From Octopus vulgaris (Eukaryota): a stretch of DNA of 64,000 nucleotides. Under the pieces are notes generated by a model. That model did no database searches and was not told where the DNA came from. It saw nothing but the letters and a program-made list of their open reading frames with translations. Of this stretch, positions 13,459 through 28,410 are shown one piece after another; the first letter of the stretch is position 1; every line of letters begins with the position of its first letter. The stretch lies in contig OX597830.1 in assembly GCA_951406725.2 (NCBI GenBank), positions 33,108,001 through 33,172,000 on the forward strand, in the 5' to 3' direction. A program made the position numbers and the translations under genes.

Positions 13459-13460
<2 letters not shown>
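13285..13460 (+). mobile_element. Penelope-like terminal remnant with a degenerate hammerhead motif (13311-13356)
   Basis: Reads aaaactgt CCAACGA aca-ggaa-cat AAAA c-tctga-g TA acagtttt, with a perfect 8-bp stem I. A third partial copy is reversed at 37795-37920. Confidence 0.55.
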
Positions 13461-13530
<70 letters not shown>

Positions 13531-13641
13531 GTCTGTCTGTCTATCCATCCATCCATCCATCCATCCATCCATCCATCCATCCATCCATCTATCTATCTAT
13601 CTATATATATATATATATATATATACAACACACACACACAA

Positions 13642-13895
13642 AGAGGTACCCAAAAGAAACAAGAATTTTGCAATATTGTTTTGTTCACTTCGTTTTACAT
13701 GTTTACACTTTTATCGCCTTCAAAGCAATGTATCAATCCAGATGCATTTTCCACTGTTGGAAAAAGTGCTGGAACTCTTCCAAAGTGATGCCTTTTAATA
13801 TCCCTATTACTTTTTTCTCCTCTTCTTCCAAATCGGCAAAATGTTCCTCTTTGAGGACTTTTTTCATTTGGCAGAACAAAAAAAAATTGCCGGGA
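13642..13895 (-). mobile_element. Mariner transposase C-terminal remnant with its 3' end
   Basis: The minus strand translates as [53 protein letters not shown]...FEGD. This resembles the mariner C-terminus (DFFLF..MK..LKG.RF...WK.R...CI...G.YFEGD). Confidence 0.8.
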
Positions 13896-14004
13896 CCAAG
13901 ATCAACAAGTAAAAAATAAAAGTTTAAAGCTACTAGGATGGGATACTTCAGTTTCAGAAATATACAGGGTTAGCCACATTTGGATTCAGATTTGAAATTC
14001 AGGA

Positions 14005-14720
14005 AGTGAAGATGCATGGCATTGTGGTTAGGGTACAAAGCTGACAATTGTAAGGTCACGAGTTTGATTCCTGGTGGTACGTCAGGGATGGACCCAAGGA
14101 TGGCAGGGACTGAGAGGCATGTTCCTCACTCAAGAAATAAAGTGCACCTTCCCAGACAATGTTATTACACCTGTTTTTTCTGGAGTTGTATTCCCTCGTG
14201 ACCTTGTGCCCACCCTTTGGAAAGTTCCTGGGAGCGTACCTGCATGGAGTGTCCTTGAGCAAGACATTTTATTTCACGTTACCCCAGTCTGTCTCAGCTG
14301 GCAAAAATTACTTGTGCCTGTAATTGAAAGACTTACTTTTTCCACATTTAGTGTTTCATACTAAATCTCCTGAAGAACTACATTAACCCTTTAGCATTTA
14401 AACCGGCCGTATCCGGCCAAAAGTGTTCTACCTGTTTTATGTTCAAACTGGCCAGATCTGGTCTCTCACACCAGCCCTACAATATGGTTTCAAACATTAA
14501 CAGCTACCTCATCAAAATCTCATAACTCCAAGATAATGCCTGATTAGTTCAAGGTAATGTGGATAAAAAAGGATTAATTTTGGCAGAATAATGTGAACAT
14601 TAAAGGGTTAAGGGTATTTGTATCTCTAGGGTGCTCAGCCGCTTGCACAACAATTTCATGAGCAGGCAATTCATTTGATTGCATCGACTGGTGCACTCAT
14701 TGTTATAATTAATGAAATGC
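14005..14720 (+). mobile_element. SINE family E copy interrupted by two insertions (about 14080-14243 and 14387-14607)
   Basis: Removing the inserts restores collinearity with 4202-4532. Confidence 0.7.
14387..14607. mobile_element. piggyBac-type MITE
   Basis: Reads TTAA|CCCTTTA...TAAAGGG|TTAA. The TTAA duplication is at 14383-14386 and 14608-14611. The homologous SINE at about 4405-4420 shows the uninterrupted site. Confidence 0.85.
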
Positions 14721-15276
14721 CAGGTCAATCAGGACTTGTTTGACACTTCTAAACAAAATATCGGAAAACTAACTACCAGACTATTAGGATACAGAGAGAT
14801 GTAAAAACCAATGCTAAGAGGAATCATACAACAGTACTTCTACATTAAAAATGAGTCTAATGTAACAAAATCTTAAAGTATAAGATTAACTGTAACATAA
14901 CTGCTACAAAAAACAAAACAAAAGAACATGAAACGCTGTGTGCACCAGAGCGTGGAGGGGAGCTTTGTATTGGAATTGAAAAGTTTATATGAAACTAATG
15001 TCATGCTTTACTGACCATAGCATGACAGACATAGTAAAACTATATGTACTTTGAACTTACAGAGGGCTGGATTTTCACTGCTTGTACTCTATCAGCCACA
15101 ACACATTTAATGAGGATGAGCCAATAAAGGAGTTTCTGCCTATGTTATCACCCAACTTGCTAGAAATAGCAGACAAATCATCCTCAGGGAGGGAGACAGT
15201 AGATAATGTAGGCCACAGATATTATGTATGCATATGTAACCACACACAAACACACATAAGCACGTACAAACACACA

Positions 15277-15329
<53 letters not shown>

Positions 15330-15609
15330 TATTGAACCTGGTGAAGGCCAGTTTACAGTAATAAATATAGACTGCTATACTTCTTAGAGTCTGCTTCTTC
15401 TCTGGATTTATGTTTTTCTAAAGAATGTTATATATATATTCTTTTATTCTTTTACTTGTTTCAGTCATCTGATTGCAGCCATGCTGGAGCACCACCTTTA
15501 GATCAGATTGGAGCCTGGTGTAGCCTTCTGGCTTGCAAGCCTTCAGTCAAACAGTCCAACCCTTGCCAGTATGGAATGTGAACGTTAGACAATGATGATG
15601 ATATATACA

Positions 15610-16520
15610 GAAAACAGATTCCATCACATCACATACCAGAGGAAAAACTAGAAGTAGTTAATAGCTTTCACTACCTAGGTGACCAAGACTGTAGTGGGGG
15701 TGGTTGCTCTGAGGGTGTAGCAGCTAGAATAAGAATAGTCTGGGCAAAGTTCAAGGAGCTCCTACCTCTGCTAGCAACTAAGTGACTCTTGCTCAGGATG
15801 AAAGGTAGACTGTATGATGAATGCCTGTGAACTGCCATGCTTCATAGCAGTGAAACATGGGCCATGACTGCTGAGGACATATGTAGGCTTGAAAGAAATG
15901 AAGCTAGTATGATCCGGTGGATGTGTAATGTCAGTATGCATACATGACGGTGTAAATGCTCTGATAGAAAGTTGAGCATAAGAAGTATCAAATGTGGTGT
16001 GCAAAAGAGACGACTGCACTGGTATGGTCATGTATTACGTATGGATGAGGACAGCTGCATGAGGAAGTGACACTCTCTAAGTGTGGAAGGAACCTGTGGA
16101 AGAAGTAGACCCAGGAAGACATGGGATGAGGTGGTGAAGCATGACCTTCGAACATTGAGCCTCACAGAGACAATGACAGGAGACTGAGACCTTTGGAGAT
16201 ATGCTGTGAATGAGAAGACCCATTAACTAAAGTGTGTTCACAGCCATGCATGCCCGGCCCAGTTAAGAGTACCCCTGATGCGTCGTGCAATATGATATGC
16301 TTGAGAAGATCTGTTGAGTCAAGAAAAACCAATATCATAGCTGTGGCCAGTGCCCCCTAACTGGCTCCTGTGCTGGAGGTATGTAAAAAGCACAATCCAA
16401 ATGTGGTTAATGTCAGGGCCGCCTGACTAGTTCCTATGCTGGTGACACATAAAAAGCACCCACTATACTCTCGGAGTGGTAGGCGTTAGGAAGGGCATCC
16501 AGCTGTAGAAACATGGCCAG
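15610..16520 (+). mobile_element. 5'-truncated, decayed RTE-clade LINE (end of RT, C-terminus and 3' UTR)
   Basis: Translates as EKLEVVNSFHYLGD...AARIRIVWAKFKELLPLL...MLHSSETW...RLERNEASMIRWMCNV...RRLHWYGHVLRM...GRSRPRKTW...DLWRY, with internal stops. Confidence 0.9.
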
Positions 16521-18073
16521 GAGAGTAGGAACATGTCTCATCAGAGTGGCTGTACTACCACCCCTTCTGGAAAGGAAAGTCAGCTTTTGTGGTTCATCTG
16601 CACTGTTCAGTCTGAGGTTGGATGCAAAATAGAAGATGAATCCCCCACTCTCCACCACTTATATCATCAGCAGTGGCACTGGTGGTGGTGGTGGTGGTGG
16701 TGGTAGAGGTAGCAGTGGTATTATTGTCATCATCATCAAATGTCAACTTTTGCATGCTTTCTAGAGTTTATTTCTATATATATATATATATATATGTATA
16801 GACACATATACATAATTATCTATCCATTTATCTATCTAACTTTTTGTCTGTCTGTCTGTCAGTCTATCTACATATATCTATCTATCTATAAATATATACA
16901 CACTGACATATTTATATATAACTGTTTATATAAATATATATACATATATATATACACACATATTTATGCATGTATATGTGTGTGTGTGTTTTTTGTGTAT
17001 GAGAAAAACAAATATATATATACACACACATACATATATATGTATGTATATGTGTACCTTCTATCTATTTATAAATCTATTGATTACTCTTAGTCATGTT
17101 GAGTAGAGCATTTTTTGCTGAGAAGGCTAAATAAGATTGAAACAATTACACTGCTTTTACCAGTTGGATTTGCAGACCGAATCCATTCTGATTTACATTG
17201 TGCATATTGCCTAAAAATTTCAATCAAATGTCCTTATTTGAGTTTTATGCCCTGCTTCTTGCATTTAGATTTTAAACTCCCCTTGAACGAGATTTTTGCC
17301 CTCTAATAACTTGGATATTCCCAGTTGATCAAAGTTTTTAAACTGACTATATTACATATGAGATGCCCTACTCTGTTGGTATTTAGTATGCAGAATGCTC
17401 TCCCGAGGTAATTTCACTCAGCTATATTGGTTTATCAACTAAGTTGAAAGACTAAGTAAACTATAACAGCTTTTGAATTCACAATTTAGAGGGCTGAAAC
17501 TAAATAGAATAAGGCATTAGAGTTTTATTGTTTTCGCTAACTCACCGCTCTTATTCACAATAACGATAACGATACCAATATTAACAAATTCTTGACTATA
17601 ACCACGCATGCATTTACAAAAACATGCACATGCACAAACAAATTTATATAGACGTATACACTCGTGTGTAGTCTTTGATGTATAGATAATAAAGTAGTTT
17701 ACTTTCCACCCTATTTTATATTTATGCTTCCATGCTGGCATAAACGTGAAAAATTTAGTCTTTTCCATGTGATTTAGAGCAGTTATTCCATGGCATGATT
17801 TCATTCCTAAATCTAATCACTCTATTTTAAAGTGTGACAAGTATTTATCTTCCACATTAGGTAGACACAAAGTATTAATTTGCCTATCCATGTACATCAT
17901 AAGAACTACTGACAACATGAATTTGGACCCATAATCTACATGCCAGTATATCCCTCATATCCACAAACCGCAATCTACTCAATATTATTTGCTGAAATTT
18001 TTTTGTTTTTTGAAATTTTAATTTATTATTATTATTATTATCATCATCATTATTATTATTATCATTATTATTA

Positions 18074-18111
<38 letters not shown>

Positions 18112-18392
18112 TTATTATTATTATTATCATCATCATCATCATCATCATCATCATTATTATCATTAGTGTATACCATGTATACTTACTTTTTTCCATTTCT
18201 TTTTTTTATCATTTCATTATATGGAAACCCCCCACACTTTATGTATCTCTTTGTATTGTCTCCTTCATCCTTTGCCCTTGTGGCAAATAAACGAAATCAT
18301 CCTCATCGTCCTCATTGTCATCAGCATTATTATTATCATTATCATAATTATTATTATTATTATTATTACTATTATCATTATTATTATTTTTA

Positions 18393-18459
<67 letters not shown>

Positions 18460-18717
18460 CATCATTATTATTACTATTATTATTATTATTATTATATTTA
18501 CTTAACTCACAACATAATGCCAGTGAAAATGGCTGAGTTCTTACAATTCTCTACATCTAACCTACATTATGCAGAGGATTAATCTTATAAATTAAAACAA
18601 TGCATTCAAGTTTAGGGCCTCGAGCAACTTCGCCTCACCCCCTCTTTCCTTCACACTGACAAAAATTCAACCCACAACCTTCTACTTCTATACCCAAATA
18701 TGCAAAAAAATAATAAA

Positions 18718-18785
<68 letters not shown>

Positions 18786-18961
18786 TAATAATGAATAAAT
18801 AAAAGTAAGTAAGTAATAATAATAATGATGGGTACATAAAATGATTTCATATAACCTCCCACATACATGTACAAGCCCGCAGACAAAGTGTTACACATCT
18901 TAAGACCAATAAGGATTAGGAGCTCATATATATCTGCAAGCAAATGAATAGAAAAAAAGGC

Positions 18962-19009
<48 letters not shown>

Positions 19010-19200
19010 ATACATATACACATATGCACACACAGATATGTATACATACGTACACACATATATATATATATACACACAAAGCTGTTAGCAAAATAGACAA
19101 AATAATGATAACATCAAATAACAAAAGAATGAGCAACCCTGCTTCAAACTTTACTGCCATTGAGATGTGGATGAATTTTATATACATACGTAAGCACACA

Positions 19201-19290
<90 letters not shown>

Positions 19291-19376
19291 CATACATACA
19301 CACACACACACACAAACACACGCATTTATATATCCATATATATATATTGTTACAAGGGGATGCTTTTGTGTGTAAC

Positions 19377-19428
<52 letters not shown>

Positions 19429-19433
19429 TTATG

Positions 19434-19468
<35 letters not shown>

Positions 19469-20387
19469 ATATATATACATATATATATGTATATATATGT
19501 ATATATATATATATATGTATATATATGTGTATATATATATATATATGTATACATATGTGTGTGTGTGTGTGTGTGCATCTTTGCTCGTATGTAACAATAT
19601 ACATAAATATATATTTATATAAGTATATATATATATATATGTATCTTTGTATGTAAGTATAACTATATATTTATTCATGTGTGTATATACATATATGTAT
19701 ATATTTATGTGTATACTTATGCGTGTGTGTCTACATACATACATATACGTATATGTATAATCTACATACGTATAAATATATGTATGTATGTATGTATGTA
19801 TGTATATGATGATAATGCAATATTTTAGCTGCATTCAATTAAGCATAGCAAGATAGATATGAATGATTGAACTTCACTGCAATGAAGCACAGAGACGAAC
19901 GAGGTTTTTAAAAAGCAAACCCTTTGATGTTTCAGACATTAGCACAGTGAAATAATTGGAAGTAAAAGAAGACAAAAAAAAAAAAACAACAACAAAAAAC
20001 CCCAACAAACAAAATAAACTAAACAAATAAATAAAAATAAAACATAAAAAATAAATAAATACATATAAAAAAACCACACACACACACACACATATATATA
20101 CATATATATATATATATATAATATATATCTGCCAATCTGTGTAGCTTCAGTGTGACATTGGAGCTGGGAAGCCATATTTTGTTGTAGTTTTTGTTAAAAT
20201 TGCTGTTATTTTTGCTGCAGTATTTATAATTGTTGTTGTCATTGCGTCCTTAATTCTGTTCTTGTTTTAGTTGTTGATGCCATGGTGACAGTTGTTGTGA
20301 TGGCGATTATGTTTTTGTGTCATTATATATAGACATATATATATACATGTATGTATGCATGTATGTATGTACATATAAACTTATATA

Positions 20388-20444
<57 letters not shown>

Positions 20445-20846
20445 GTATATATATGTATATATATATATTATATCTACTGTTGTTGTAGTTCTTATAGTTG
20501 TCACTGTGCTGTCATCATTGCTGTTTCTCCTAACGAAAATCTTTTTTCGTTCATTTATATACTTGCTCATATTGTTCGAAAACCTTACAAATGTTTATCA
20601 TTATTATTTTTGAATCTGCTGTACAAAACAAAATGCTGATGAAAGTAGCGAAGGTGGTGGTGACGGGGGCGGCGGCGGCGGCAGTTTTGGTGCTGGTGCT
20701 GGTGTTGGTGTTGGTGTTGGCGGTAGTGATGTTAGGTACAAGTTTAATTCTGTCCCCAAATTGAATGGCAAATTTGCTGAATAATGACATAAATATACAC
20801 ACATATTAACATACATACATACATACATACATACATACATACATAC

Positions 20847-20892
<46 letters not shown>

Positions 20893-21639
20893 GTGTGTGT
20901 GTGTGTATGTGTATGTATATATATGTATATATATATGCATACATAGAAAAAGCCATACAATGTCATTCAAAAGATCTCAATGTTACTTTTGTTTCCTGCA
21001 TTTGTCCTAGTTATGTGTGTAAGTGTGTGTGTATATTTGTGTGTGTGTATATATGTACATACATTGTATACATGTAATCATGGATGTATGTTTATATATA
21101 CTTTACACACATCACGCAAAGACACAAGTATATGTATATATATGTATATATATATTGGCATTTCACATTCTTTACCCTTTGCCCTCTCATCTGCTTCCTC
21201 TTTTCTTATAAAAGTGCATTCATAAAATATAATTATACATATTATAAGAATTAAAGAAATATATAAAATCTAATTAAAGAAATACATGAAATCTGAAATC
21301 TATATAAAAACCTCTGAGAAAGAAATATAATGAAAAGCTAGACAATATAAAATATTAAGGATAAAAAGCAGTGACTTAATCAACTAATTTATTTCATCTT
21401 TTTAATACTTTCCTCTCATTGTTTGTCTTGTTTTGTCCTTTTCCTTTCTTCTTCTTTATTCTTTTGATTAAATATGTTTCAAAATGAAAATAGGAAGAAT
21501 TTTTCAGACAGATTTAAATAAAACCAAAGAAAATAGAATGCTTTTAAAATTAGGTCCTGCAGGTTTGAATTCTAAATTTGAAACAAGCCAAATATTGCTG
21601 TTCAATATGGACATAATCAAAATACTCAAAGACTACGAA

Positions 21640-21686
<47 letters not shown>

Positions 21687-21711
21687 GATGTTGATGATGA
21701 TAATGATGATA

Positions 21712-21755
<44 letters not shown>

Positions 21756-22167
21756 AATAAAACTCGTAAAATAGGGTGAAAGAAAACTTGTGTCAAACAA
21801 CAGTTAATATAACAATAGCTATATTTCTTTTAATGTTGAGCATTTTTAAAAAATAAAATTTAAAACAATTTTTTTTATGTGGTGTATGTTTGAATTTGTG
21901 GTGTGTGTGTGTGACTCTATGACACTGTCTGTTTCAGATTTTGGGTAGTATTTATAGACTAGTATATAGTCATTAAAATTCAAGCCGTTTATTTTATGAA
22001 ACCATGAGATTATTAATGATCATAATGCTTAATATCCATAGTATACAATATTATCAATAGCTCTTGTGTAACTCCTCTTCATGTTCTTCTCTATCTGACT
22101 ATGTCTCTGTATTTTTCTAAATACAAGTATATATATATGTGTGTGTGCATGTATGTATGCATGTTGT

Positions 22168-22416
22168 TTTATTCTTTTATTTGTTTCAGTCATTTGACTG
22201 CGGCCATGCTGGAGCACCGCCTTTTAGTCGAGCAAATCGACCCCAGGACTTATTCTTTGTAAGCCTAGTACTTATTCTATTGGGCTCTTTTGCTGAACCG
22301 CTAAGTGAAGGGGACGTAAACACACCAGCATCAGTTGGAAAGTCATTTTGGGGGGACAAACACAGACAGACAAACTTATACACACATACACATACATGTA
22401 TGTATATATATATATG

Positions 22417-22470
<54 letters not shown>

Positions 22471-22622
22471 TACATATATCTGACGGGCTTCTTTCAGTTT
22501 CCATCTACGAAATCCACTCACAAGGCTTTGGTCGGTCCGAGGCTATAGTAGAAGACACTTGCCCAAGGTGCCATGCAGTGGGGACTGAACCCGGAACCAT
22601 GTGGTTGGTAAGCAAGCTACAC
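22168..22622 (-). mobile_element. tRNA-headed CORE-like SINE, family C, with an internal microsatellite
   Basis: The minus strand has gggttcagtccc (B-box-like) and gcaccttgggcaagtgtctt (CORE-like), and ends gactgaaacaaataaaagaa. The window holds many copies. Confidence 0.85.
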
Positions 22623-23129
22623 ACACATATACATATATATACATATATACACATATGGATATATATGCATATGTATACACACATATGTATATACATACAT
22701 ATATATATATATACACACACATGCATACATATAAATATATGTATAGATATACATATACATGTTTGTGTGTGAATGTGTGTTTAAGTAAATAGAATTATCA
22801 ATTGTCCAATTGTATAGAATATGTGCACTCTCTCTCACGCACATACACACACATACTCTCTTTGACCTGCAGGCAAAAACACTAAATAAGATTCCTCATT
22901 TGGAGACAGCATATTAAAAGATAAATAGAATTATTTCATAAAAGAGCATTGGAAAGAAACAAGAATGGTAAATTTCAAATATTTCCAATATTATTCTGAT
23001 TCTGTTTAGCTTGATACACATGGTACTTTTGGTGCTGGTTTAAGGCTGACACGTGATGCAGAGAATGGTAAATAATTCTTGTGATATTGGCATGTCAAGA
23101 GGAATATCAGATTCCAAAGCTTGGGGCTG

Positions 23130-23261
23130 AAAGGTAAGAAGCTTGCTTCCCAACCACATGGTTCTGGGTTCAGTCCCACTGCATGGCACCTTGGGCAAAG
23201 TGTCTTCTTGCGCTGACCAAGGCCTTGTGAGAAGATTTAGTAGATGGAAACTGAAAGAGGC

Positions 23262-23312
<51 letters not shown>

Positions 23313-23535
23313 CATACATATATATATATATATATGTATGTATATATCTATGTGTGTGTGTCTTTGTGTCTGTGTTTGTCCCCTCACCACTGCTTGGCAT
23401 CTGGTTTTGTTGTGTTTACATCCCTGTGACTTAGTGGTTTGAAAAAGTGACTGATACATTAAGTATTCAGCTTTAAAAAAAATAAGTGGTGCTCCAGCAT
23501 GGCCATAGTCAAATGACTGAAACAAGTAAAAGATA
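23130..23535 (+). mobile_element. SINE family C
   Basis: Same layout as 22168-22622, in the opposite orientation. Confidence 0.8.
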
Positions 23536-24544
23536 AGTAAAATATACCTCTGCTGTACATTCAATATACTTATTGAGAACGCTCTCTCATCCCCCTCACA
23601 CTGTCATCTTCATCATCATTATCGTCATCACCATTTAAGATCTATGCTACATTATTGCAGGGGTTGGTTGCTGCGACAGAATCTCATGGATCCGCAAGGA
23701 ACACAACGAGTTCTAGTAACACCTTAGGCATGGTTTCTATATCTGGATGTTTTGCCTAATGCCAACCACTCTTCTGTGGTTACAGAGTGCTTTTTCGCCT
23801 ACCACTGGCACTAATGAGGTCACCATACAGCTTGAAAACCTACAAAACACAATAAATTTAGAACAGTTTGACTCAGCTCCACATGATTTCAAGTTTCATG
23901 TGTGTGTAAAACACTTGCATCTCATCAGATGTTAGGTGATAGAGTCATATGGTCGAGGGAAATTCAGGATGGCTTCTAGGTGTTTAGGCCCGTTATGGTC
24001 TGCTTAGATCATATCATGTGATATTTATACTATCAAAGTGAAACCAGAAATTTTCTACATTTTCTACAAGGCTCACATGCTTGGACAGGAAATTGTCAGA
24101 TTCCTGGGGACACTTTGGCGGCAGTCTGCAGCATAGAGCATTATCAGTGACATCAGTTACTTTCAATGATAACACATATGGTGGGAGGTGGGGTGTCAGT
24201 GAGTGTCAGTTCGGTTAGTGTTCAGTGGAGTATGACCGTATCATCAATATCACCATCATCATCACCGTCTTCGTCATCGTTGTTGCCATTGTTGTCGTCG
24301 TTGTCGTTGCCATCATCATCATCGTCGTCATCATCATCACATCATCATCATCATCATCATCATCATTATCATCATTGTCATCATCATCATCATGATCGTC
24401 ATCATCATCGTCGTCATCATCATCACATCATCATCATGCCTGTGGGCATAGTGGCATAGTGGTTAAGAGCGCAGGCTACTAACCCCAAGATTCCAAGTTC
24501 GATTCCAGGCACTTACCTGAATAATAATAATAATAATAATAATG

Positions 24545-24595
<51 letters not shown>

Positions 24596-24633
24596 GTAAT
24601 AATAATAATAAAAATAATAATAATAACAATAAA

Positions 24634-25256
24634 ATGCTCTGATGCAGTACCAGACAGTGGCTCTCATGGCTTCTGATCTTAACTGATTGGAAGTGTTATC
24701 ATGTACATTGTTTTGTTTTGGTATAAAAGATGGGGTACAGCAAATATTCTGCTCAATACCTATTTCTTTATTACCCACAAGGGGCTAAACATAGAGGGGA
24801 CAAACAAGGACAAAATTCTGCTCAATACCACAGATTTGCTTGTCAGTTGTTTGACCGTAACCAGTTGAGCATGTTCCTTAGTGGCTGACGATATGTGCAT
24901 CTCTGACCACAAGCAGAAGTAGTGGGGGAGCATCATAGCCATGTGTTGAGAGGGATTCTTTGGGGTTTGAATAATTCACCTTTGGAAACATGGGTAGTTC
25001 ATTCAACATCCTTAAACAATCCTAACTCAGGGACCTTTTGAGCGTGATGGGCAACTTGACCAGAAGAAAATTCTAACTGGGCCCCACCTGCAAGGTCATT
25101 TGCTGTTTATCTTGATATGAGATCACCATATCGCACATATGGTTGTGATGCACGTGCCTGGTGTACCCTTATCAGGCAGGTAGTCGTGATGGGTATAATG
25201 GGCTTCGTATATTTTACCCCAGTGTCACTTTGATGGCATGAACTGCTTTCTCACTC

Positions 25257-25258
<2 letters not shown>
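24634..25258. mobile_element. (TAA)n-embedded ~550-bp element, copy 2 (opposite orientation), carrying a nested SINE tail
   Basis: Reverse complement of 8171-8720, with TAA runs on both sides. Confidence 0.9.
24761..24814 (-). mobile_element. Severely 5'-truncated SINE family B tail with a 15-bp TSD
   Basis: attctgctcaatacc is duplicated at 24746-24760 and 24815-24829. The insert matches the tail at 41732-41785. Confidence 0.85.
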
Positions 25259-25308
<50 letters not shown>

Positions 25309-25880
25309 GTAATAATTACAACAACATCGAAAAATGCCTTAGGAATGAGAACCCAGATTCAAATTTTCCCCAAGACACTGCATGTCACCCCGGGTGTGTG
25401 TCTTCTACTATAGCCTCAGGTTGATCAATACCTTGGGAGCATATTATGTATTATATATATATATGATTCAATTGAATCACATGCCCCTACATGAGCAGTA
25501 CCAGCATTCAGAGGCTCTGCTAGATCACTTGTCTGCTGTCTTTTTTGCAAGTTTATATCTCACATCCAAGAAACTATGGTCACTTAAGTTTTTCTTCAGA
25601 AGCTCCCAACAGATTTTTCACATTCAGTGCCCACATCTCCCTCTACTGTATAGCACAATGTTCCCCTCATACAAGCTTCATTCAGTCTGCTATTTTTACA
25701 TACAGAGAAACCTTTTGTTGTCAGCAGAGACAAAATTTCCCTTCATTCTCTTCTTTCTTTGCTCTAACTCCTGTCCTGTCATTATTTTACAATCACCTTC
25801 AGCCCTATTTGTATCTCCTAGGTAACAAACTTTCAATTATGCTGTGTATTAGTGAGTCATGAATACACATGCATCTCTAA

Positions 25881-25914
<34 letters not shown>

Positions 25915-26352
25915 ATACATGCTGTTGGTTCAGTAGCACCAATGAGAGTGCTCTCAGTAAATAAAGCGAATGACCCAGGCTTGAAATTCTCTCCTCACAA
26001 CTGGAAAAGCATGAATGCCACAACTCATGATTCCTCTTTATTTGAGTTTATCAGCAGAGCATTTTATCTTTTAACTTTTGGGCTGTGGCCATGCTGGAAC
26101 ACCACTTTGAAGAACTTGTTTGTATTTGTGTGTTTTGTTCGTTCCCCTATCATCGCTTGACAACAAATATTGGTGTGCTTATGTCCCTGTAGCTTAGCAG
26201 TTTGGCAAAATAGATGGATAAAATAAGTACTAGGCTTACAAAGAATAAGTCCTGGGGTAGATTTCTTTGACTAAAGGCAGTGCTGCAGTATGGCCACAGT
26301 CAAATGACTGAAACAATTAAAAGAATAAAAATATACATACAAAGATATATAT

Positions 26353-26595
<243 letters not shown>

Positions 26596-28125
26596 TTTCT
26601 TTCAGTTTCTGTCACCTAAGTCCACTCACAGGGCTCTGGTCTACAAAAGAAGGCACTTGCCCAAAGTAACATACTGTGGGACTGAACCTGGAGCCATATG
26701 GTTGGGAAGCAGGCTTTTTTTTTACCACACAGTCATACCTACACCTAGTTTCCTCCCAATTTTTACTGCAAGGTATTTTGAGATTTGTCACACTCTTTAT
26801 GTTGATTTACTCAGTCTTATGCCAACAATGGTACCTCAGAGAATTTACCTCAGCAATCAAATTTACTAAACAACATCACAATCTCATGTTGGCAATATTC
26901 TCTCTCTAAATATTTGCGAATATTCATGCTCAATTACATACTTTAATAAATTAAGATGTAGCTAATCTGAGTAATTTCCCTTTGCTCATCAACATCATCA
27001 TCGTCGTCATCGTCGTCGTCGTCAACATCGTTGTCATTGTCGTTTAACGTCCCCTTTTTTCTGCTGGCATGGGTTAGACGGTTTTGACTGGAACTAGTAA
27101 GACAGAGAGCTGCTCCAGGTTCCAGTTTTATTTAGCATGGTTTCTACAGATTAATGCCTTTCCTAATGCCAACCACATTACAGAGTGTAATGGGTGCTTT
27201 TTTCGTGCCACCTGCATGGTGCCATTTACGTGACACCAGCAAGGACCAGAGCTATAATTCTACGGGTGCCATTTACATGACACTGGCAACAGACACAATT
27301 ACAATTTCACTTAGCCTGATGTGTGTTCTCAAGTGCCACCTAGATGTATTCCATTCCTCTGTATATAAATTCTAAGTCCTTAGGCTACAGACAATAAAGT
27401 AAAACAATTGCTGTCCTGATGACAGTTATTTCAGCTGGAACATATATCCATGACTGTTCTCTTGTCTCCTCAATGTCATTTCTTTTCTTTTTTTTTTTCT
27501 CTCTAGTTTCAGCTCAGAGCTGCGGCCATGCTGATGCACCGCCGTTTAAAAATGTAAAGTCGACTTTGGTGGAATTTGAACTCAGAATTAATAGACAGAC
27601 GAAATACTAACTAACGTTTCTACCAACTTGCCGGGATGTCATGCCAATAATGGAAAATTCTAAAGTGGCAAGTCTGCAGAATCCTTAGCATGCTAAGCAT
27701 GTTCAGTGGCATTTTGTCTGTCTTTATGTTCTGAGTTCAAATCCCATCAAGGTTGACTTTGCTTTTCATCCTTTTGGGGGTACGATAAAATAAGTACCAG
27801 TTGTTAACTGGGGTTGATATAATTAACCTACCTCTCCTTCAAGCTTGTGGAGTTGCATGGTTTAGTGGTTTAGGTGTTGAACTCATCTCCTAAATCTACT
27901 CACAAGGCTTTGGTTGGTCTAAGGTTACAGTAGAAGACACTTGTCCAAGGGGCCATGCAGTGGGACTGAACCCAGAGCTCTGCGGTTGGGAATCAAGCTT
28001 CTAACCACACACACACACACACACATATAGATAGGTTGATATATACATATGTGTATGTATGTATATCTATCTATTTATCTATCAATCTATCAATCTAATC
28101 TATCTCACCCCCCTCTCTCTCTCTA

Positions 28126-28198
<73 letters not shown>

Positions 28199-28335
28199 AT
28201 AAAACAAGAAAGCACAAAAAATATACAACAACGCGATACGTGGAACAAATATAGTATTATTGGACGCTCAGGAAAGAAGGAAAGAAGGAGGGTTTAACGA
28301 TATATATATAGACAGACATATATATATATATATAT

Positions 28336-28410
<75 letters not shown>

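Noticed and set aside
20630-20785. Gly-rich reading frame (DESSEGGGDGGGGGGSFGAG...)
   Set aside because: It is bounded by stops, has no clear splice signals and is explained by low-complexity GGT/GGC repeats.
24443-24512. tRNA-like sequence (ggcatagtggttaagagcgcaggctactaacccc...gttcgattcc)
   Set aside because: It has A/B boxes but no closing acceptor stem and runs into (TAA)n. It is better read as a SINE head than as a tRNA gene.
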